Part shown: in pieces, positions 26,479 through 32,613 of the stretch
How positions within the stretch are numbered: position 1 is the first letter of the stretch
How the letters are laid out: every line of letters begins with the position of its first letter
Assembly (NCBI GenBank): GCA_030643145.1
Contig: DAOWMJ010000001.1
Span: 1 to 32,613 of the forward strand
Direction of reading: 5' to 3'
DNA: 32,613 bases
Source: Candidatus Latescibacterota bacterium
Lineage (GTDB): Bacteria; Krumholzibacteriota; Krumholzibacteriia; Krumholzibacteriales; WJIX01
Program-made: the position numbers and the translations under genes
The notes under the pieces: model-generated
What the model was told of the DNA's origin: nothing
Seen by the model: only the letters and a program-made list of their open reading frames with translations
Database searches by the model: none

Positions 26479-28368
26479 ATGAATCCTAACCCTATCGAGG
26501 AACTCCGCAAGTTTGTCAGCAACGATGATTTTACCAAACTCGCCCGTATCGATAATCGGAAACTTTACAGTTTTGTGCTTGAATTTATAAATCTTTGCAA
26601 TCCGGAAACGGTCTCTGTTTACGATGATTCGAAGGAAGATATTGAAAGGACGCGCAGAGCTGCGATTGAAAATCATGAAGAGGCCAAACTCGCCATTGAA
26701 GGACACACGATACATTATGACGGATTCCATGATCAGGCACGTGATAAAAAAAACACCAAGTTTCTGGTGCCTCCCGGCACTGACCTCGGGCCTGAACTAA
26801 ACTCCATTGACCGGGAGCAGGGCCTCGCGGAAATCCGCGAGATTATGTCAAATATAATGCGTGGGCATCATCTCCATATTAAATTTTTCTCTCTCGGTCC
26901 GGCAAATTCCCCCTTCTCCATCCCAGCTCTTCAACTGACAGATTCAGCATACGTCGCGCACAGTGATAATCTTCTCTATAGGCAAGGCTATCAGGAATTT
27001 TTAAAGAAAGGTTCTGAGGCCAGATTCTTTAAATTTATTCATTCCCAGGGAGAGCTCAAGGATGCCGTACTGGGACTTAAGGTAAGCAAAAATATCGATA
27101 AACGAAGAATATTCATCGACCTTGAAGAGGAAACAGTCTACAGCGCGAACACACAGTATGGAGGCAATACAATCGGCCTTAAAAAACTCGCTATGCGCCT
27201 CGCGATAAACCGCGCTTCAAATGAAAAATGGCTGACAGAACATATGCTTGTAATGGGAGTACACGGGCCCGATAACAGAATGACATATTTTACAGGCGCT
27301 TTTCCATCAATGTGCGGCAAAACCTCTACCGCGATGATCGAAGGTGAGTCAATCGTTGGCGATGACATAGCTTACCTGAAAAATATCGACGGTAAAACAC
27401 GAGCCGTAAATGTGGAATCAGGGGTATTCGGTATAATAGATGGGATCAACCCCGACGAGGATCCAATCCAGTGGGAAACCATCACTACACCGGGAGATGT
27501 AATATTCACAAACCAGCTTGTCACGGAAGACGGGAAGGTATACTGGAACGGTAAACCGGGTAAAGTCCCCGAAAATGGCGTCAATCATTCGGGTGAGTGG
27601 TATCCGGGGAAAAAGGATGCGGATGGAAATGAAATAACTCCCTCTCATAAAAATGCCAGATTTACCTTTAAAATTGACACCCTGGATAATGTCAGCAAAG
27701 AAGTTCATTCGCCGGAGGGTGTACCAGTGAGTGGAGTAATATACGGAGGCAGAGATTCTGATACATCCGTTCCATTAAAAGTAGCCTTCGATTGGGCTCA
27801 CGGAATTATTATGTACGGAGCGTGTCTTGAATCGGAAACAACAGCCGCTACTCTGGGCAAAGAAGGTGTAAGAGTGTTTACACCAATGTCAAACCTGGAC
27901 TTTCTTTCATTACCGATCGGAAAATATATTCAAAACAATCTCGATTTCGGTAAACATTCCACGCAGCCACCAGATATTTTCGCGGTCAACTACTTTCTTA
28001 GGGACAAAAACGGTAAGTGGCTTAATCTTAAGAATGACAAAAAGGTATGGCTTAAGTGGATGGAGTTAAGAGTCAATAGCGAAGTTGACGGTATTAAAAC
28101 CCCCACAGGATTAATACCCAAATATCAGGATTTGAAGAGATTGTTTTTCGAACTCTTTAAAAAAGAGTATTCAATGGAAGACTATATTATACAATTCACC
28201 ATCCGCGTTCCTGAGAACCTGGCCAAACTGGAAAGAATGGAAAAGATCTTCAAAGAGAGGGTAACTGATGTTCCCGATACGGTTTTCCGTCATATTGCAG
28301 AACAAAAGGCCCGCCTGGAAGAGGCACGGGAAAAATCAGGTGACTATATCCCCCCGGTGAAATTCTAA
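26479..28368 (+). CDS. pckG: Phosphoenolpyruvate carboxykinase (GTP)
   Basis: YGGNTIGLKK, WLTEHM, AFPSMCGKT, VGDDIA, HKNARF, YGGRD and VNYF. Confidence 0.95.
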   Translation: MNPNPIEELRKFVSNDDFTKLARIDNRKLYSFVLEFINLCNPETVSVYDDSKEDIERTRRAAIENHEEAKLAIEGHTIHYDGFHDQARDKKNTKFLVPPGTDLGPELNSIDREQGLAEIREIMSNIMRGHHLHIKFFSLGPANSPFSIPALQLTDSAYVAHSDNLLYRQGYQEFLKKGSEARFFKFIHSQGELKDAVLGLKVSKNIDKRRIFIDLEEETVYSANTQYGGNTIGLKKLAMRLAINRASNEKWLTEHMLVMGVHGPDNRMTYFTGAFPSMCGKTSTAMIEGESIVGDDIAYLKNIDGKTRAVNVESGVFGIIDGINPDEDPIQWETITTPGDVIFTNQLVTEDGKVYWNGKPGKVPENGVNHSGEWYPGKKDADGNEITPSHKNARFTFKIDTLDNVSKEVHSPEGVPVSGVIYGGRDSDTSVPLKVAFDWAHGIIMYGACLESETTAATLGKEGVRVFTPMSNLDFLSLPIGKYIQNNLDFGKHSTQPPDIFAVNYFLRDKNGKWLNLKNDKKVWLKWMELRVNSEVDGIKTPTGLIPKYQDLKRLFFELFKKEYSMEDYIIQFTIRVPENLAKLERMEKIFKERVTDVPDTVFRHIAEQKARLEEAREKSGDYIPPVKF

Positions 28369-28435
28369 TCCGTTAAAATATTGATGGTTGGAACTGATGT
28401 CGCTTCTGTTAGGAACAGAAAATTCACATGAATTT

Positions 28436-28828
28436 TCATTCTGAGCTGTAGCTTGCTCCTTTATTTTCATTCTTCGCAGACAACAAGGAAATAGTTTCTT
28501 CCTTTGTAAGAACCCAGATAGAGTAAACACCAAGAGCCGTACCTACCGGGATATCAAATAATCTTACACAACCAACAATCAGAACAAGGATTCTTGCCCA
28601 TGGTTTTTTCTTTAGAAGCCCTATTCCTCCGATCAATCCCGGAATAGCAAATATTAAAATGATCGTGTAAACAAATATGGCAATAGTGCCCGTAATCGCG
28701 ATAGCCTCCGGATCACAGGAAACAATACCCGCTCCACCAAGGATAATAAGAATAGTCGTACCAATAATAATCCCTATAATACTGTACGCTATGTGTAAAG
28801 CGGCCAGAATGGTCACATTCTCTTTCAT
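28436..28828 (-). CDS. Small membrane protein (hypothetical)
   Basis: Three or four hydrophobic segments, GLLKKKPWAR and PVGTALGVYSIWVL; ATG 28828 behind AAAGGAG. Confidence 0.75.
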   Translation of the reverse strand: MKENVTILAALHIAYSIIGIIIGTTILIILGGAGIVSCDPEAIAITGTIAIFVYTIILIFAIPGLIGGIGLLKKKPWARILVLIVGCVRLFDIPVGTALGVYSIWVLTKEETISLLSAKNENKGASYSSE

Positions 28829-29063
28829 TTCATCTCCTTTGCAATTCAAAATCAACCCTTATATACTCCACTCGATAATCTCCGGATATAAACCCGGCTA
28901 AATTCAAACTTACGATCCCCCGTACTCATTACTACGGATTCAATTATTTTTTGTTGCGGGCTAAATATCAATATAGAACGCGTATCCCGAGAAGGACAAA
29001 ATGTTCGATCAGGAATTTCAGTGTAGAATTTTGTTATTTCCTTGATCCTTAGAAAAATTGTGA

Positions 29064-30065
29064 CTATTTTTCCGGAGACATCTCCTTCCACAACTTCCAT
29101 ATCTCATCGAGAATTTTTTCTTTCCTGATTAAGCGGGCTTTCTTTGAATCACAGCGTACCATTCCCGCTGCCGCGCCGGGATGGCCATCACCAATATTTA
29201 ATTCCCTCATGATCTCTCCAATATCCTTTCCGTGATCCTTTCCAGTCATATTCATAGAAAGTGACATGGAAACAGAAAAGTCATTGGTTTTTGTGCCTCC
29301 TCTGAATATTGGTACTAACGCGAGGACAGCGAGAATCCGCGGATGTATTAAATACGCTAGATTCCTGATAACCCTGGGGCGTCTCCTGTGATCTGTCAAA
29401 TCTATTATGGCAATCTCCTTTTTCAGATCCCTCTGAAAAAAGGAGCAAGATTTTTCTATCATTCCAACCATCTTTTTCTCTTCTTCCCTGTATTTTTCAA
29501 TATTGGATAAAACCTGTTTCTCCTTTAAAATTTCAGCAAGGGGTAAATCACGAAGATATTCTACAAGGAGCAAATTGTATTTTGCGTGCTCTCTGGGGGT
29601 TAAAAAAGAAATCTTCATACTCATATCCACAAGCTTGCCCGGTGTTTCATTTCGCCATTCTTCTATAGAAGAATAAGCAAAAGAATCGATTATGTCCGCT
29701 TCAGATACAGTCTCCAATAGATATTCGGGGAATTTTGTTCCTCTCTCGGAATAATATTCATAGATTACACGAGCGCAGGAGAGTTTCTCGGCAAATCGTC
29801 CGGGTAAACTATCATGGTTAATATTTCTTAACTCTAAGGCGTCTCTGTTGCCCCCATGATGATCAAACCAGAGGCCACATTCAAGAGGATAGGGCAAATC
29901 ACATACAATGTCCCCCTTATTAATAGATATTTCAGCTCTCTCTATCGAATTGGGACCCGTAAAGATAAACCTCTCGCAACCGGTAGCAAAAGAACAAAGA
30001 CTCGCGGATACAAGCCCGTCAAAATCGTTATGGGTGATTATTCTCCGGATTTCCACGAAGCCCAA
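29064..30065 (-). CDS. DHH-family phosphoesterase-like protein
   Basis: THNDFDG, CDLP, WFDHH and C-terminal GDGHPGAA (GGGH-like); TTG start. Confidence 0.8.
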   Translation of the reverse strand: MGFVEIRRIITHNDFDGLVSASLCSFATGCERFIFTGPNSIERAEISINKGDIVCDLPYPLECGLWFDHHGGNRDALELRNINHDSLPGRFAEKLSCARVIYEYYSERGTKFPEYLLETVSEADIIDSFAYSSIEEWRNETPGKLVDMSMKISFLTPREHAKYNLLLVEYLRDLPLAEILKEKQVLSNIEKYREEEKKMVGMIEKSCSFFQRDLKKEIAIIDLTDHRRRPRVIRNLAYLIHPRILAVLALVPIFRGGTKTNDFSVSMSLSMNMTGKDHGKDIGEIMRELNIGDGHPGAAAGMVRCDSKKARLIRKEKILDEIWKLWKEMSPEK

Positions 30066-30215
30066 CCTCTCTTTCCTCTTACATTCACCTATAAACCGAT
30101 TGATTTATCTTGGAGCACAAACACAGCGTAACGAAGAAAAGTCTTATCAGCGAACAAAATATTATTACATTTCCGACACAAAGAAAAAAATACGCGGCCT
30201 TTTGTTACCATACCA

Positions 30216-30863
30216 CTAATCAGATATTCTGTTCTTAAATTCGCTCATAATTTCACGGACAGACTTATCTACGGCTTCTTCTCCATCGACAATAAGATCC
30301 GCGTACTCACGGGCGGGAAGAACATACTTTTCATACATCGGAACAACTGTATTACTAAACTGCCGGCAAATTTCTATTCTGGTCCTGCCGCGCTCCTTTG
30401 TATCCCGTTCTATCCGGCGGGAAAGACAAATATTCATACCCGTATCGATAAATACACAGATACCGATCAGCTCTCGAAGTGGTTCTTTAAAAAAAACATG
30501 AAGCCCTTCAATAATTATTACGGAACGTCTGGTGTTTTTAACAGATATCCTTCGTCGTCTTCCCTCACTTGGCAATTCTCTCATATGGGTCTTAAAATTA
30601 TATTCCGGGAGCAGAACTTCACATCCTTCAAGCAACCTCTTAACATCGTTTATAAGAAGGTTGAAATCAACAGCGTCCGGTATATCAAAATTGGCTCGCG
30701 ATCTCTCTTCGTACTTCATATTACCAAGATCCCGATAATAGCTATCCATCTGGATTATCGTATGTTCTCTGCCGTCCAGCTTATCCGCAAAATTCTTAGA
30801 GATTAATGTCTTGCCGGAGCATGAAGCTCCTGAGATTCCAACAACAAATGGTTCCATTCTCAA
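30216..30863 (-). CDS. udk: Uridine kinase
   Basis: GISGASCSGKT, DSYY, NFDIPDA, IIEG, RRIERD and ADLIV. Confidence 0.85.
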   Translation of the reverse strand: MRMEPFVVGISGASCSGKTLISKNFADKLDGREHTIIQMDSYYRDLGNMKYEERSRANFDIPDAVDFNLLINDVKRLLEGCEVLLPEYNFKTHMRELPSEGRRRRISVKNTRRSVIIIEGLHVFFKEPLRELIGICVFIDTGMNICLSRRIERDTKERGRTRIEICRQFSNTVVPMYEKYVLPAREYADLIVDGEEAVDKSVREIMSEFKNRISD

Positions 30864-31151
30864 TTCCCAACAGAAATGAAGCTGTGTCGAATGATCAGAG
30901 GATAAATCCTTGTCCTCGTTTAGCTCTATAACGACTCCCAGGAAAACAATGAACTTATGATCAGCTACACAAAGGGCGCGCTTATGGGGCTATACTCCCA
31001 AGTATTCTCTTTTTCCTTACAGCCTATTTCTGCTTCAGGAGACAGTTGTCACTATCGGCGGTCCTGACAACAAGTTTTATCATATGGGGACTGGCTGCCG
31101 CTGTTCACCAATGGCTACTTAGATGAACAAATGATTCCTGCCCGAATCTAT

Positions 31152-31367
31152 CTACTCGTTTCCCTCAAACTTGAAGGATACCTTTACCTTAGCGCGGTAT
31201 GCAGCAACCTTGCCATCCTCGATATGCATGTCCAGTTGAACCACTTCGGCAATACGAAGGTCACGCAACGATTGCGAAGCCCTATCTATAGCGGCTGTGG
31301 CTGCTTTTTCCCACGACTCTGAACTCGTTCCAACCAATTCGATTATTTTGTACACACTCTCTGCCAT
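31152..31367 (-). CDS. Dodecin-family flavin-binding protein
   Basis: VYKIIELVGTSSESWEKA…YRAKVKVSFK; RBS GAAGGAG. Confidence 0.92.
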   Translation of the reverse strand: MAESVYKIIELVGTSSESWEKAATAAIDRASQSLRDLRIAEVVQLDMHIEDGKVAAYRAKVKVSFKFEGNE

Positions 31368-31493
31368 CCTGCTCTCCTTCCATCTATAACCTCACAAAAA
31401 ACTTGCGGTTATAGCGATTCATACCGATTGTAACCTAACCGGTATCTACCAAATAAGCCAAAGCGCTCCGATGAATGATTACCCATTGCAGGA

Positions 31494-31522
31494 AGTGTAT
31501 CTCATATACGGATAACTGTCAA
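31494..31522 (-). promoter_or_regulatory. Sigma70-type promoter TTGACA-N17-TACACT upstream of dodecin
   Basis: Perfect -35 (31517-31522), 17-nt spacer and 4/6 -10 (31494-31499). Confidence 0.65.
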
Positions 31523-31671
31523 GCAACCCATAGCACTGGTACTATTTTGATCGCCCGTAAACTCGGATGCAATATCATCATTTGGTATTTCAGCTATCAC
31601 CGCTACATCTGCCGGGAAACGGCGCTGGAATTTTCCCTATATTAAAACGACCCTGTCAGTCAACATACAAC

Positions 31672-31705
31672 AAAACACCCCACCCGTAAAATTACGGGCG
31701 AGGTG
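31672..31705 (-). terminator. Intrinsic terminator
   Basis: On the - strand, the CACCTCGCCCGTAA-TT-TTACGGGTGGGGTG stem is followed by TTTTGTT, ~75 nt after the stop at 31780. Confidence 0.75.
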
Positions 31706-31779
31706 CAAATTATGCTGAGAGATTTACTATTTCTATTCCTGTTTCAAAGAAAATTATAAACCTTTTCAACGCACTATCA

Positions 31780-32373
31780 TTACCGGTACATAGACTTTAT
31801 CGCGCCCCAGCTTTCTTCCCTGGAAGCAACCACGCAGTCGTGAGTAATAACGCCATTTGTAATTTCGAAATTCACACCCATGACGTCGATCGATACCCAC
31901 TCCGGATTGTAATCATAAATGATATAGTCAAAAATGTAATGCGTTGTTACAACAGGAACGGGGCACGCAGTTAGCAGTGTTTCCCTCTCAATGTGTTCCG
32001 CTTCAATAAATCCCGTCACCCCTGGTATTGGAGGATAATCTGTTCCATACCCCAAGCCCGACCATTCAGGAGTCGACCAGTTTACCGCGAAACAAAGGTT
32101 ACTTGAATTTGCTGGATCAAGCACAACCAGATCAAATTCTATGTGTATAACCTTTCCACGATTCGGATCAAATTGATGATCATAAAACCATTCATTTATC
32201 CAGCCGGAATCATACTCATACCACATACCTTCATTATATCCGCTTCCTCCACCAGTTACTATCTCACAGGAAGTACCAATTGTGATATAGAAGTCATCAA
32301 CAATCTGAGCTGTCACATTGGAAGCCACAAAGAGCAGCAACCCAACACAAATAGCAATAACAAAATTCTTCAT
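31780..32373 (-). CDS. Secreted hypothetical protein with C-terminal SWGAIKSMYR tail
   Basis: Signal peptide MKNFVIAICVGLLLFVASNVTA, an acidic and aromatic-rich body, and a basic C-terminal tail; ATG 32373 behind AAGGGG. Confidence 0.8.
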   Translation of the reverse strand: MKNFVIAICVGLLLFVASNVTAQIVDDFYITIGTSCEIVTGGGSGYNEGMWYEYDSGWINEWFYDHQFDPNRGKVIHIEFDLVVLDPANSSNLCFAVNWSTPEWSGLGYGTDYPPIPGVTGFIEAEHIERETLLTACPVPVVTTHYIFDYIIYDYNPEWVSIDVMGVNFEITNGVITHDCVVASREESWGAIKSMYR

Positions 32374-32613
32374 TCCAACCCCCTTAAAGCACTCTTCAAA
32401 CTGCATTATCATCTATTCCCCACTATAAAACAATTTGAAGAAGAAAAGAAATTACAAACCGGAAAAATAACTTCCAGACTATTTATCCCCCTAAAGTTTC
32501 CTCCTTCCAAATCAAAATCCAAACTTAAAACAAGACTGCTCCATCCCCTCAGACGGAAGATACGCAATCCATTTCCTATACAGCCAAATAGAATTTGAAA
32601 TTAGTAATTGATC

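Noticed and set aside
28852..29100. 82-aa ORF (- strand) between the DHH gene and the membrane protein
   Set aside because: It overlaps the DHH 3' end and has no clear RBS or motif.
32143..32598. 151-aa ORF (+ strand)
   Set aside because: It is antisense to the secreted-protein gene and its upstream region, with no recognisable features.
1..32613. Mobile elements, CRISPR arrays, tRNA or rRNA genes
   Set aside because: No transposase or integrase ORF, regularly spaced repeats, cloverleaf or rRNA-like sequence was seen by eye.

Overview
A gene-dense bacterial window with no rRNA, tRNA, CRISPR array or mobile element that I can support. Sigma70- and sigma54-type promoters, DsbD, oadGAB and a C-terminal 'SWGAIKSMYR' tail point to a bacterium; a Krumholzibacteriota/Latescibacterota-like lineage is my inference. 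Gene content in order: an archaeal-type gatE-gatD pair, PLP threonine/serine dehydratase, menA, LOG protein, rhomboid, SPL-like radical SAM, histidine phosphatase, dsbD, GT4, oadB/oadA/oadG, prolyl oligopeptidase, GyrI-like protein, M3 peptidase, a cobalamin-binding protein, an opine dehydrogenase, MFS, GTP-PEPCK, a small membrane protein, DHH protein, uridine kinase, dodecin and a secreted protein. The four strongest leads: (1) an unannotated 26-aa peptide, MFYFTNIALIVALLSA-GKAVW-GKAVW, with its own sigma54 promoter, two upstream palindromic enhancer-like boxes, a perfect RBS and a 3' hairpin; (2) a translationally coupled B12-binding enzyme plus opine dehydrogenase of unknown pathway; (3) a stand-alone ~140-nt structured RNA candidate at 13111-13250 (- strand); (4) GatDE in a bacterial context. 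All family calls come from motif recognition by eye; no searches were run.
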